A DNA stretch of 64,000 bases from an uncultured Acidobacteriota bacterium. GTDB taxonomy: Bacteria; Acidobacteriota; Vicinamibacteria; Vicinamibacterales; UBA8438. Shown here in pieces: positions 28,243 through 37,991 of the stretch (positions are counted from its first letter, which is position 1; each line of letters starts with the position of its first letter). Under the pieces are notes generated by a model that did not search any database, was not told where the DNA came from, and worked only from the letters and a program-made list of their open reading frames with translations. The stretch is taken from assembly GCA_913043225.1 (NCBI GenBank), contig CAJWLU010000001.1, positions 320,001-384,000 on the forward strand. Reading direction: 5' to 3'. The position numbers and the translations under genes were made by a program.

Positions 28243-29130
28243 ATGCGGAACCTGATGCGCCACGCGCCGATGGTCGTCCTGCTCGGCACGCTCGGAACCA
28301 CGGCGATCCTCGCCAACGACTACGTGACCGAGATCGAGGCCTGGCGGGTTGAACGAGAAGCCGGACTCGCCGCCGACGACGGGTGGCTCACCGTGTCGGC
28401 ACTCTTCTTCCTGCGAGATGGAGAGACCACGTTCGGCTCGAGCCCGCGCAACGACCTGGTCGTCCCCGGCCTCCCGGCGGACGCCGGCGTCCTGACGCTC
28501 GAAGACGGTCGCGTGACCGTCCGGGCCCATGCGGGCGACACTCTGACCATCGACGACCAAGAGTCCGAAGGGGCACAACTGTACCCATCAGAAAAACGGG
28601 TCGCGGTGCGCTCCGGACCGGTCTCATTCTGGGTCCACCTAAGTGGAGCCCGCCTGGCCATCCGGGTGCGCGACACTGACGCAGAGCTGAGGAAAGAATT
28701 CACCGGGCTGGAGTGGTTTCCTGTCGACGACCGCTACCGTGTGCGCGGCCGGTTCACGCCGCACAGCGAACCGATCACCGTGAAGACGATGAACATCCTG
28801 GGCGACGTCGAGACCTACACCAGCAGCGGCTACGTGACCCTGTCGGTGGAAGGCCGTGAGGTCCGCATGCTTCCGGTCAACTCAGGCCAGCGCCTCTGGT
28901 TCATCATGCGAGACCTTACGAGCGGAGAAGAGACTTACGGGGCCGCGCGCTTCCTGTACGCCGATGTCCCGGACGACGATGGCTGGACGACGGTCGACTT
29001 CAACAAAGCCTACAACCCGCCGTGCGCGTTCAACCCTCACACGACGTGCCCGCTTCCGCCCCCAGACAACCGTCTCGACATGAGGATCGAGGCAGGTGAG
29101 AAGAACTACCTTGGGCCGGGTGCCCACTAG
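28243..29130 (+). CDS. DUF1684 family secreted protein
   Basis: GWL, RD.TSGEETYGAARFL, DFNKAYNPPCAF...TCPLPP.DNRL...IEAGEK motifs. Confidence 0.88.
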   Translation: MRNLMRHAPMVVLLGTLGTTAILANDYVTEIEAWRVEREAGLAADDGWLTVSALFFLRDGETTFGSSPRNDLVVPGLPADAGVLTLEDGRVTVRAHAGDTLTIDDQESEGAQLYPSEKRVAVRSGPVSFWVHLSGARLAIRVRDTDAELRKEFTGLEWFPVDDRYRVRGRFTPHSEPITVKTMNILGDVETYTSSGYVTLSVEGREVRMLPVNSGQRLWFIMRDLTSGEETYGAARFLYADVPDDDGWTTVDFNKAYNPPCAFNPHTTCPLPPPDNRLDMRIEAGEKNYLGPGAH

Positions 29131-29309
29131 CCCTCGGCGTGGCGCGGAGTTGGCTCGCCCGAAGGCGGTCACGCTGGACGAGGGACTGCCCGGTCTGTCC
29201 CTACTCCCGCCCACCGATGATGAACAGGTGCACTAACCATGGCTGTTCATCACGGCTCTCCTTACTGCTAGATTGTCTCGGTCGGTGACGCGAGAACTGA
29301 AGGAGCGCC

Positions 29310-30221
29310 TCAACGCTCTCGCGCGTAGAGGTCCAGGATGCCGCCGGTCCGCAGCCACTCAACTAGACGGTGATAGGTGAGACGCAGACCGCGAGAGAGC
29401 GCCAGGACAGGGGTCTCCCAGTGCAAAACCTCGAACCCAGCCGTCTCAACCAATCGCGAGAGCGTGGCCGGGGTGAAGAACCACAAGTGATGCAACGCCG
29501 CATAGTGCCGCCACCGTTTGCCCTTCAGACCCAGCCGGCTCTGCCAGCTCTTCGCCCTCAGGCTCGCACCTGCCAGATTGGGCACGCCGATGAGCAACAC
29601 GCCGCCAGGTGCAAGGACGGAGCGGGCGGCCCGCAGCTCCGTAAGTGGATCGCGCGTGTGCTCGAGCACATGGTTAAACCGCACAACGTCGAACCGCGCG
29701 CCGCCGAACTCAATCGCCGGAAGCTCTCCCTCCCACACCCGCGCACCGCTATCGCGGGCCCAGGAGGTCACGACGTAGTCGGTGCCTTCCACGTCCCAGC
29801 CACGCTCGCGGCCGAAGCGGAGAAACGCCCCGGCACCGCAGCCGACATCCAGCAGGCGCCGCCCGCCCGGCTGCAACCACTCGAGCCGGTCACACTGACG
29901 GCCATACTGGCGACGATGGCGGGCATCGGCGTTGGCCTCGTCCGCACGGTGGTAATGCGCGCCATACACAGCGGTCGCCATCTGCTCAAGGGTCGGACGA
30001 GGGCTGTGCAGTTCCAGACGGCACGTTGGGCAACGCGCGAGGGAAAACCCCTGAAAATCCAAAGCGAACGGGTGCGGATCCACCCGACAAATGGGGCAAA
30101 CAGCAGATTCTCTATCTGGGAGCGCCGCGTCGACCTCGGCCCTAGGGCGCCCGAAAAGCGACCCAGTCAGCTCCCGGCTGGTTTGCTTCCCGCCCTCGAC
30201 ACCCTGGGCCGGCTCGCACAT
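29310..30221 (-). CDS. Class I SAM-dependent methyltransferase with an N-terminal Zn ribbon
   Basis: CPIC...CPTC, LLDVGCGAG, HVLEH, L.PGG....VPN and HLWFFTP motifs. Start codon uncertain. Confidence 0.82.
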   Translation of the reverse strand: MCEPAQGVEGGKQTSRELTGSLFGRPRAEVDAALPDRESAVCPICRVDPHPFALDFQGFSLARCPTCRLELHSPRPTLEQMATAVYGAHYHRADEANADARHRRQYGRQCDRLEWLQPGGRRLLDVGCGAGAFLRFGRERGWDVEGTDYVVTSWARDSGARVWEGELPAIEFGGARFDVVRFNHVLEHTRDPLTELRAARSVLAPGGVLLIGVPNLAGASLRAKSWQSRLGLKGKRWRHYAALHHLWFFTPATLSRLVETAGFEVLHWETPVLALSRGLRLTYHRLVEWLRTGGILDLYARER

Positions 30222-30294
30222 GGCTCACATCATGACGGACCCGATCGCGCAAGGCAAAGGCACCCGGATCGCCACATGGTAGGATTTTGGCGCC

Positions 30295-30588
30295 GTGACC
30301 GAGCGACTCACCCGCACCGAGGTCGAGCGAATCGCCCGCCTGGCCCATCTCGAACTCGACGATGCGGAGGCTGACCGCCTGACCCGCCAGCTGGGTGACA
30401 TCCTCACCTACTTCGAACGCCTGCGCGAAGTCGATACGTCGGGCGTCGAAGCCACCACCCACCCGGTCTCGGCCGGGCCCCGCATGCGCGACGACCAGAG
30501 CCGCGAGTCGCTCCCGCGCGACGAGGCGGTCGCGGGGGCACCAGATGCCGCCGACGGGCTCTTCCGGGTCCCGAAGGTCATCGGATGA
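30295..30588 (+). CDS. gatC: Asp/Glu-tRNA amidotransferase subunit C
   Basis: EVERIARLAHL, L.EVDTSGVE, MRDD and FRVPKVI motifs. Confidence 0.93.
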   Translation: MTERLTRTEVERIARLAHLELDDAEADRLTRQLGDILTYFERLREVDTSGVEATTHPVSAGPRMRDDQSRESLPRDEAVAGAPDAADGLFRVPKVIG

Positions 30589-32060
30589 CGGACGCCTCCG
30601 CGATCGAGACCATAGCAGACGTTCGCGCGGCGCTCGCAGGCGTCGGGTCGGCAGTCGATGTCTGCACTATCTTCCTTGAGCGGATCCAGGAGCGAGACGC
30701 CGCACTGGGCGCGTTCACGCATGTCGCGTCCGACACTGCCCTGGAGGAGGCTGCGACGGTCGACGCCAGGGGCGCCGACGATCCAAGCCAGCCGCTGGCA
30801 GGCGTGCCGATCGCGATCAAGGACAACATCTGCACCCGCGGCCTGCCGACCACGGCCGCCTCGCGCATCCTGACAGACTACCGGCCCCCCTACGACGCCA
30901 CCGTCGTCGAGCGTCTCCGCGCCGCCGGCGCCGTCATCCTCGGTAAAACGAACTGCGATGAATTCGCGATGGGGTCAACGACCGAGCATTCGTGCTACGG
31001 GATCACGCGTAACCCCTGGGATCACGATCGCGTGCCTGGCGGGTCAAGCGGAGGCTCGGCCGCGGCGGTCGCGGCACGGCTGGCGCCAGTCGCGCTTGGT
31101 TCGGATACCGGAGGCTCGATCCGACAACCGGCTGCGTTCTGCGGGCTCGTCGGTCTGAAACCAACCTACGGTCGGGTCTCACGCTACGGCCTCCTAGCCT
31201 TCGCATCGTCACTCGATCAGATCGGACCCCTCGGGTTGACGGTGGCTGACGTGGCAGCCGTCTTTCGAGTGATCGCAGGCCACGATCCTGCCGATGCCAC
31301 GTCCGCGGCCGAGGCCGTACCCGAGTGGCCATCTGGCACGGCGAACGAAACTCCGGCGATTGGGGTCCCGTGGACCTTGTTGAACGACGGCATCGACGAC
31401 GACGTACTTGCTTCATTCCGGACCGCGCTCGACACCCTTCGCTCGTCCGGAGCGACGCTCGTGGACATCGAGCTTCCTCACGCAACCTACGCCGTCCCGA
31501 CCTACTACGTGGTCGCGCCAGCCGAGGCCAGTTCAAACCTAGCCCGCTATGACGGTGTCCGGTATGGCGTCCGAGCCCCGCTCGCCGAAACCGCGGACCT
31601 CACCGCCATGTACGACCGCACTCGCGAAAGCGGCTTTAGCGATGAGGTTAAACGACGGATCATGCTGGGCACCTACGCCCTCAGTGCCGGCTACTACGAT
31701 GCCTACTATCTGCGGGCTCAGCAGATCCGGACCCTGATCCGGCGGGACTACGACACCGTGTTCTCGACCGTCGACGCGGTAGCCCTCCCAACCACTCCGA
31801 CCACCGCGTTCCCGCTCGGCCAGCACGCCGACGATCCGTTGCAGCTGTATGTGGGCGACATCTTTACCGCCAGCGCCAACCTGACCGGGCTCCCCGCGCT
31901 GAGCGTACCGTCCGGAAACGACAGTAGCGGACTTCCGATCGGCCTGCAGTTGGTGGGACGGGCCTTCGACGAAGTCACGATCCTCGATCTGGCGGCGCGG
32001 TTTGAACGCGAGCGCTCTGAGCCGATCGGCCGGCCGCCCGGTCTAGACCCAAGCGCCTAA
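30585..32060 (+). CDS. gatA: Asp/Glu-tRNA amidotransferase subunit A
   Basis: [34 protein letters not shown] and [22 protein letters not shown] motifs. Confidence 0.96.
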   Translation: MTDASAIETIADVRAALAGVGSAVDVCTIFLERIQERDAALGAFTHVASDTALEEAATVDARGADDPSQPLAGVPIAIKDNICTRGLPTTAASRILTDYRPPYDATVVERLRAAGAVILGKTNCDEFAMGSTTEHSCYGITRNPWDHDRVPGGSSGGSAAAVAARLAPVALGSDTGGSIRQPAAFCGLVGLKPTYGRVSRYGLLAFASSLDQIGPLGLTVADVAAVFRVIAGHDPADATSAAEAVPEWPSGTANETPAIGVPWTLLNDGIDDDVLASFRTALDTLRSSGATLVDIELPHATYAVPTYYVVAPAEASSNLARYDGVRYGVRAPLAETADLTAMYDRTRESGFSDEVKRRIMLGTYALSAGYYDAYYLRAQQIRTLIRRDYDTVFSTVDAVALPTTPTTAFPLGQHADDPLQLYVGDIFTASANLTGLPALSVPSGNDSSGLPIGLQLVGRAFDEVTILDLAARFERERSEPIGRPPGLDPSA

Positions 32061-32218
32061 GACGCCGTTAAGGTGAAGGGGCAGAACAGTGGGGGCTGGC
32101 CTCTCCGCATAGCTGAGAATACCAGCCAGGCGAGAGCGCGCCCAGCAGCAGGTGGAACGTGCCTGACTTCCTGCACGACCGGACCCTGGTGGGCGGTCTA
32201 TCTTCGTCGTCAAGAAAC

Positions 32219-32479
32219 CTAACGACCGGTATGTTCCTGAAGTTCCGGAGTCTTGAGCTGATCGGCGGGACCGCGGGGCACGTTTGGGGAAAGGTAGCGA
32301 GCCCCGGACAAACGGTCATCGAGACTGCGGACGATCCGGCTGTTCTTGTTGATCGCGCGCAGCTTAGTGAAATTAAAGATTACACAGAAGCCGAGAAAGA
32401 GCGCCAGCAGGAAGAGGCTGGACGACAGGAGACCTCGGAGGAGTCCGAACACGATCGTCTGGACCTCGCCAGGGCTCAC
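32219..32479 (-). CDS. Small single-TM hypothetical protein, translationally coupled to the rpoZ-like gene
   Basis: GTGA overlap with the upstream stop, RBS GGAGGAG, hydrophobic N-terminus. Confidence 0.6.
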   Translation of the reverse strand: MSPGEVQTIVFGLLRGLLSSSLFLLALFLGFCVIFNFTKLRAINKNSRIVRSLDDRLSGARYLSPNVPRGPADQLKTPELQEHTGR

Positions 32480-32802
32480 GACGTCTCCTCCGAGCTCCTG
32501 TCTTCGGGCAACTCGTAGACGACCAAGCCTTCCCCGACCTCGTCCATCGCAACCCGCTCGAGTCGCGACTTCACGTCTGGCCGTTCACCAGTCTCCGGAT
32601 TCGGGCGCAGCCGCTCGAGACGGGGCAGGGCGCCGCGGCGGAGCTGCTTCGCCCGCTGCGCGGCCACGTCGACAAACAGGAAGCGGTTCGTGATCTCCGG
32701 CATCCGCTCGTCAGGAACCCGAGGCATCAGGATCGGCCGCGGCACCGCGAACTCGGTGTCAGTGTCAAGAAGCGGATCGTACTCGTCGTTCATATCCGGC
32801 AT
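32476..32802 (-). CDS. rpoZ: RNA polymerase omega subunit-like protein
   Basis: NRFLFVDVAAQRAKQLRRG...RVAMDEV..G matches the omega signature. Acidic N-terminal extension. Confidence 0.75.
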   Translation of the reverse strand: MPDMNDEYDPLLDTDTEFAVPRPILMPRVPDERMPEITNRFLFVDVAAQRAKQLRRGALPRLERLRPNPETGERPDVKSRLERVAMDEVGEGLVVYELPEDRSSEETS

Positions 32803-32829
32803 ATCCGGTCGATCGTAGTCGAAAACGCC

Positions 32830-33066
32830 TCATGAGTCGACCGCCTGACAGGGAAACAGCGCCGACCGTGGCGCAACGTCGTCGAACGCTTCGGTCACGG
32901 TCGGCGCCGGTCGAGCGACGAACCACTCCCCATCCATCAGGTATTGCGTCGGCCGACTACCGTAGTAGATCGTGACCCCGCCGTGCTCGTCGGTTACCGG
33001 CACGACAAGACGCGCGTCGATCGCCCCAGTCAAAGCCAGCTCATCGAGGGTCGGTGGTCGGGTCAC
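32830..33066 (-). CDS. Hypothetical protein
   Basis: RBS AGGAG before GTG; co-directional with hsp20 and rpoZ. Confidence 0.45.
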   Translation of the reverse strand: MTRPPTLDELALTGAIDARLVVPVTDEHGGVTIYYGSRPTQYLMDGEWFVARPAPTVTEAFDDVAPRSALFPCQAVDS

Positions 33067-33108
33067 TGTCGATCTCCTAGGGAGTGTCCAGTCAGGGCGA
33101 ATGTTGGT

Positions 33109-33141
33109 GCTGTCCCCGGGGCGACAGGCCCCCGGGGCAGC
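33109..33141 (-). terminator. GC-rich hairpin just downstream of hsp20 (no clear U-tract)
   Basis: GCTG(T)CCCCGGGG ... CCCCGGGGCAGC inverted repeat. Confidence 0.4.
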
Positions 33142-33155
33142 GGCATCTAATAACC

Positions 33156-33602
33156 TTAGGCGGCCTTGATATCGATCCGATGGGGCTTAGCGGCCTCCTT
33201 GAGTGGCAACCTGATCCGCAGGGCACCGTTCTTGTGCTCCGCCGTTACCGCGCCCGCATCGACGGAACGAGGCAGCGTGAACGACCTCCGGAACGCTCCA
33301 TAGGCTCGCTCCGACCGATATAGCCGACCGTCTTCCACTTCGCCGTCCGGCTTGCGCTCTCCCGCGATGGTCAGCACCCCGTTCTCGAGGGTGACATTCA
33401 CCGCATCGCGTTCGATCCCAGGCAGCTCGGCGCTGATCACGAGCGCGTGATCGTCGGTCTCGTACACGTCCACCGCCGGCAGCCTGTTCCCGCGACCGCA
33501 CTCTGCCGATCCCGCACCCAGATTTGCGGGACGGAAGAAGGGATCGAACGCGCTGTCTAACAGACTGAGCTCACGAATCGGATTCCATCGAACAAGTGAC
33601 AT
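33156..33602 (-). CDS. Small heat shock protein (Hsp20/alpha-crystallin family)
   Basis: PAVDVYET, AELPG, ENGVLTIAGERK, ER.YG.FRRSFTLP and NG.L.I.LP motifs. RBS AAGGAGG. Confidence 0.95.
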   Translation of the reverse strand: MSLVRWNPIRELSLLDSAFDPFFRPANLGAGSAECGRGNRLPAVDVYETDDHALVISAELPGIERDAVNVTLENGVLTIAGERKPDGEVEDGRLYRSERAYGAFRRSFTLPRSVDAGAVTAEHKNGALRIRLPLKEAAKPHRIDIKAA

Positions 33603-33667
33603 GAGATGCCTCCTTGAGTTGACCGTTCAAGTGACTTTTTCGCCCCAACTCCGGGACGCTGAAAGCA

Positions 33668-33725
33668 ATGATAGTCAATTTATGAGTGCTAGTCAATAAT
33701 TAAATATGAGTATTGCATAATCATA
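33668..33725 (-). promoter_or_regulatory. hsp20 sigma70 promoter with HAIR-like (HspR-type) inverted repeat
   Basis: Minus strand reads TTGACT-N17-TATCAT (33696-33668). TATGAGT-N7-AATCATA at 33705-33725, and a second TATGAGT at 33681-33687. AT-rich island. Confidence 0.65.
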
Positions 33726-33813
33726 TAAATATCTTTCCCCGCCATGGCTTTCCGCGTCGCGTGGAGGAAGATACGTAGCTCTGGCACCTCGGCTGTGCGA
33801 TCATTGGGTTGAC

Positions 33814-34629
33814 GTGCGAATTCTGTTCATCGGAGACATCGTCGGGAAACCGGGTCGGACGCTCGTGCAGAGCGCAGTACGGCCACTGGTGTCCCACTAC
33901 GGCATCGACCTCGTCGTCGCGAACGTCGAGAACGCCGCGGGCGGCAACGGCATCACCCGCGAGATCGGTGAAAGCTTGCGGGACTGCGGCATCGACGTCA
34001 TGACGTCGGGGAATCACATCTGGGACAAGCGCGAGGCACTCGACTACATCGAACTCGAACCCCGATTGATCCGCCCCGGCAACTATCCAGACGCCCCAGG
34101 GCTCGGCCATGTGCTCGCGCAGGCCGCCACCGGAGATACGGTGGCCGTGCTCAATCTGATGGGCCGGGTCTTCATGGCCCCGCTGGACAATCCCTTCACG
34201 ACCATTGACGCCATGCTGGTCAAGCTCGCCGGGCAGGCGCGCGTCATCCTGGTGGACTTCCACGCCGAAGCTACCTCGGAGAAGATCGCGATGGGATGGC
34301 ACCTCGACGGGCGCGTCACCGCCGTCGTGGGCACGCACACCCATGTACAGGCCGCGGACGAACGGGTACTGCCGGGCGGCACGGCTTACATCACAGATGT
34401 CGGAATGAGCGGGCCGCACGACTCGGTCATCGGTGTGGACAAACAGGTAGTCCTGAAACGATTCAAGACGGGACTGCCAGGCCGGTTCGATACGGCTCGA
34501 GGTGACCCCCGGATCCATGGCGTGATCGTGACGACCGATCCAGAAACAGGCCTGGCGACCGGTATCGAACGACTGAGCCTGACCCAAGCCGACGTCGACG
34601 CCCTGCGGTCGGCGGTGGCGGACTCGTGA
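33814..34629 (+). CDS. YmdB/TIGR00282 family metallophosphoesterase
   Basis: GDIVG.PGR, N.ENAAGG.G, GNHIWD, DFHAEATSEK, GTHTHVQ and TDVGM.G motifs. Confidence 0.93.
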   Translation: MRILFIGDIVGKPGRTLVQSAVRPLVSHYGIDLVVANVENAAGGNGITREIGESLRDCGIDVMTSGNHIWDKREALDYIELEPRLIRPGNYPDAPGLGHVLAQAATGDTVAVLNLMGRVFMAPLDNPFTTIDAMLVKLAGQARVILVDFHAEATSEKIAMGWHLDGRVTAVVGTHTHVQAADERVLPGGTAYITDVGMSGPHDSVIGVDKQVVLKRFKTGLPGRFDTARGDPRIHGVIVTTDPETGLATGIERLSLTQADVDALRSAVADS

Positions 34630-36032
34630 CCGAACGCCCGTCGCTGCCCTTCGACGGCCCAGAACGGGCAGCGCCCACGCGACGCCTCGTTGTGACGGTC
34701 ACCGCCCTGACCGCTCGCATCCGGACTCTGCTCGAGTCCAACCATGGAGAAGTCTGGGTCGAGGGCGAGCTCGCCAACTGCCGGCTGTGGAAGACGGGCC
34801 ACCTGTACTTCACTCTTCGCGACGATCGCGCCCAGCTTAAGGGGGTGATGTATCGATCGGCGGTGCGGCACCAGCGCTTCACGCCGGAGGACGGCCTCCG
34901 GGTGGTAGCGCGAGGCCGGATAAGTGTCTACGAACCCAAAGGCGAGTATCAGCTGGTCTGCGAGCATCTCCAGCCACAAGGACAAGGGGCGCTGCAGCTA
35001 GCCTTCGAGCAGCTGAAACGCACGCTTGAAGAAGAAGGCCTGCTCGATGCCGCCAGAAAGCGCACGCTGCCCGTCCTGCCTCGGCGGATCGGAGTCGTGA
35101 CGTCCCTCGATGGCGCGGCCATCCGTGACATTCTGCATGTGCTGACGCGACGGCACCCAACGGTGCAGGTGCTGATCAGCGCGACGCGGGTCCAGGGAGA
35201 GGGCGCCGCCGGCGCGATCGCTCGAGCGCTGGACCGGGTCGCCGACGAAGCGGGCGTTGACGTGGTGATCGTCGGTCGCGGGGGAGGCTCGCTCGAGGAC
35301 CTGTGGGCCTTCAACGAAGCGGAGGTGGCTCGCGCGATCGCGGGGTGCCGCGTCCCGGTCATCTCGGCAGTTGGTCATGAGACGGACGTCACGATCAGCG
35401 ATCTCGTCGCCGACGTCCGGGCCCCGACCCCGTCGGCGGCTGCCGAACTGGTCGTGGCGGGACGCGACGAACTACGAGACCGCGTCGATCGGTTCCTGGC
35501 GCGCCTCCGCGCTGGCCTGGGCGACCGACTCCGCCACGGACGCGCGGCACTCCAGCAACTCGATCGACGGCCTGGGCTCGCAGGGTGGCGCGCCTGGCTG
35601 GCCGGCCGGGGGCGCCACGCAGCCGAGCTCACGCATGCGCTCAGAGCGAGCGTACGGACGCCGGTCGGCCGCGACGGCCGACGGCTCCAGAACGCGCGGC
35701 TGGCGCTCGAGGCTCGCGGCGTAACGGTGCGGCGGTTGCGGACGCCGGGTCGGCGACTTGCCGCAAGCCGCACCCGGCTGGTCGAGGCGAGCACGCGGCT
35801 GGAGAGCGCCTCACGAGAACTAGTTCGCCTCACGACCGGCCGGATCGCGACCCTCGCGGGTCGGCTCGACGCGCTGAGCCCGCTGGGCGTGCTAGCGCGC
35901 GGTTATGCCGTCTGCTGGAACACAGACCGAACGGCGGTCATCCGTGATGCTGACGCCGTCGCGGTCGGCGACGAGATCTCGATCACCTTGCAACGAGGTC
36001 GGCTCCGAGCCAAGACCACGGGAAGGGACTAA
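34626..36032 (+). CDS. xseA: Exodeoxyribonuclease VII large subunit
   Basis: GHLYFTL, RGGGSLEDLWAFN, SAVGHETD, RAPTPSAAAE and LSP..VLARGY motifs. Confidence 0.95.
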   Translation: MTERPSLPFDGPERAAPTRRLVVTVTALTARIRTLLESNHGEVWVEGELANCRLWKTGHLYFTLRDDRAQLKGVMYRSAVRHQRFTPEDGLRVVARGRISVYEPKGEYQLVCEHLQPQGQGALQLAFEQLKRTLEEEGLLDAARKRTLPVLPRRIGVVTSLDGAAIRDILHVLTRRHPTVQVLISATRVQGEGAAGAIARALDRVADEAGVDVVIVGRGGGSLEDLWAFNEAEVARAIAGCRVPVISAVGHETDVTISDLVADVRAPTPSAAAELVVAGRDELRDRVDRFLARLRAGLGDRLRHGRAALQQLDRRPGLAGWRAWLAGRGRHAAELTHALRASVRTPVGRDGRRLQNARLALEARGVTVRRLRTPGRRLAASRTRLVEASTRLESASRELVRLTTGRIATLAGRLDALSPLGVLARGYAVCWNTDRTAVIRDADAVAVGDEISITLQRGRLRAKTTGRD

Positions 36033-36287
36033 ATGGACGAGAAAGAAAAGATCCAGGACTTCGAGTCGGCAATCGGAGAGCTTGAGGGCGTCGTGCAAAC
36101 CCTAGAGTCGGGCAAGCTGACGCTGGAGGAGTCACTTCGTTTGTACGAGCGCGGGGTTCAACTCTCTCGTTTCTGCCACACCAGGCTGGAAGATGCCGAA
36201 CGACGCATCGAGATCCTTGATGAGCGCGGCGAGGTAAAGCCGGCGCCTCCGTCCGTGTCAGACGGACTCGGAGGCGAGAACGCGTGA
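36033..36287 (+). CDS. xseB: Exodeoxyribonuclease VII small subunit
   Basis: FESAIGELE..V..LESG.L.LEESL.LYERG motif. Confidence 0.93.
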   Translation: MDEKEKIQDFESAIGELEGVVQTLESGKLTLEESLRLYERGVQLSRFCHTRLEDAERRIEILDERGEVKPAPPSVSDGLGGENA

Positions 36288-37216
36288 GTCAGGCACCGGA
36301 CTTCGCGAGCTATCTCGAAGCGCGACGCCTTGAGATTGAGGCTGCGCTTGAGGCTGCGCTCCCCCGCCCCCCCGCCTGCCCGACACGGCTGGCCGAAGCG
36401 ATGCGCTACAGCCTAATGGCCGGGGGCAAACGGTTGCGGCCGATCTTGGCTCTGGCCGCCGCCGAGGCAGTCGGCGAGGCCGCCGCTCGCGCGGAGGCGA
36501 TGCCGGCCGCGTGTGCTATCGAGCTAATCCACACCTACTCCCTCGTGCACGATGACCTGCCGGCAATGGACGATGACGATCTTCGCCGTGGCCGTCCGAC
36601 CGCCCACATCGCGTTCGGTGAAGGACTGGCGATTCTCGTGGGCGACGCCCTCCTGACACAAGCGTTCGTCGTACTCGGGCAGCACACCCCCGATGCGTCG
36701 CCTACGCTCGTGGCTCGCCACCTCAGAGCCTCCGCCTGTCTTGCTGAGGCCGCAGGCGCGATCGGGATGGTCGGTGGACAGGCGCTCGATCTCGCCGCGA
36801 CCGGGGAAGCCACCGACGGTGCCTCGAGCGAGGAGGCGCGACAGGCGCTCCGTGAGATACATGCGCGCAAGACCGGCGCCTTGATTCGTGCCGCGGCGGT
36901 CAGCGGCGCCATCCTGGGCGGAGCGGATACTCCGGCTACCCATGCTGTGGACACCTACGCGGCGCAGCTCGGCCTAGCCTTCCAGATCGTCGACGACATT
37001 CTCGATGTCGAAGGCGACGCGGCCAACCTCGGCAAGACGGCCGGCAAGGATGCCGCCGCGGGAAAGCCGACCTATCCCGCCCTCTACGGCCTGGATCGCT
37101 CCAGAACCCTGGCGTCCGAAGCTGTCGAGGCGGCTCGAGCGGCGCTCGCCACCGCCGGGCTTGGCGGGAAACGGCTGGACGCCATCGCGGCGTGGGTTGT
37201 CGGGCGGACCCACTAG
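36284..37216 (+). CDS. ispA: Farnesyl/geranylgeranyl diphosphate synthase
   Basis: GGKRLRP, HDDLPAMDDDDLRRG, KTGALI, FQIVDDILD and GKTAGKD motifs. Confidence 0.93.
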   Translation: MSQAPDFASYLEARRLEIEAALEAALPRPPACPTRLAEAMRYSLMAGGKRLRPILALAAAEAVGEAAARAEAMPAACAIELIHTYSLVHDDLPAMDDDDLRRGRPTAHIAFGEGLAILVGDALLTQAFVVLGQHTPDASPTLVARHLRASACLAEAAGAIGMVGGQALDLAATGEATDGASSEEARQALREIHARKTGALIRAAAVSGAILGGADTPATHAVDTYAAQLGLAFQIVDDILDVEGDAANLGKTAGKDAAAGKPTYPALYGLDRSRTLASEAVEAARAALATAGLGGKRLDAIAAWVVGRTH

Positions 37217-37222
37217 TCAGCG

Positions 37223-37984
37223 ATGCCGGCTCGAATCAGACTGGATACGCTCCTCCATGAGCGAGGTCTTGTCGAGTCACGCAGTCGCGGTCAGGCCCTG
37301 ATCCTGGCCGGGCAAGTTCGCGTCGACGGACAGACCGTGACCAAGGCGGGCTCGATGGTCGACGCCCAGGCAGAACTGTCGCTGGAGCGCCCCGACCACC
37401 CCTGGGTGGGGCGGGGCGGGCTCAAGCTGTCACACGCGCTCGACATCTTTGCGGTCGACCCCTCGGGACGCACCGGGCTGGACGTCGGCGCCTCGACCGG
37501 AGGTTTCACCGATGTCCTCCTCGCTCGCGGCGCACGCACGGTAGTGGCTCTCGACGTGGGTCACGGCCAGCTCGCCTGGAAGCTCCGCCGCGACGAGCGG
37601 GTAGTGGTTCGCGAGCGCCAGCACATCGGCTCGGTGACGCCCGAGACCCTGCCACCGGAACTGCAGCCGTTTGGCGTGATCACGGTGGATGTGTCCTTCA
37701 TCTCAGTCCGCTACTTTCTCGACCGGCTTCCGGCCCTGCTAGCGCCAGACGGCGATCTCGTCGCGCTCGTCAAACCGCAGTTCGAGGCTGGGCGCATCGA
37801 GGTAGGACGGGGAGGTGTGGTGCGTGATCCCTCGATCCACGAGCGGGTCGTTCACGATGTCGCGGCCCGAGCTGCTGAGGTAGGATTGACATCTGTGGCC
37901 ACGACCCCGTCGCCCATTCGGGGCGCCGAAGGGAATCGAGAGTTCTTCCTCCATCTCCGCCTAGCGCCGGGCGCCGGGGGCTAG
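37223..37984 (+). CDS. tlyA: TlyA family rRNA (cytidine-2'-O)-methyltransferase
   Basis: S4 domain RLD.LL..RGL, plus RGG.KL, DVGASTGGFTD, DVSFIS, KPQFE and GN.EF motifs. Confidence 0.93.
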   Translation: MPARIRLDTLLHERGLVESRSRGQALILAGQVRVDGQTVTKAGSMVDAQAELSLERPDHPWVGRGGLKLSHALDIFAVDPSGRTGLDVGASTGGFTDVLLARGARTVVALDVGHGQLAWKLRRDERVVVRERQHIGSVTPETLPPELQPFGVITVDVSFISVRYFLDRLPALLAPDGDLVALVKPQFEAGRIEVGRGGVVRDPSIHERVVHDVAARAAEVGLTSVATTPSPIRGAEGNREFFLHLRLAPGAGG

Positions 37985-37991
37985 TGCACCA

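Noticed and set aside
36338..36361. 12-bp tandem duplication TGAGGCTGCGCT in ispA
   Set aside because: Only two copies, encoding EAAL-EAAL in a helix; trivial.
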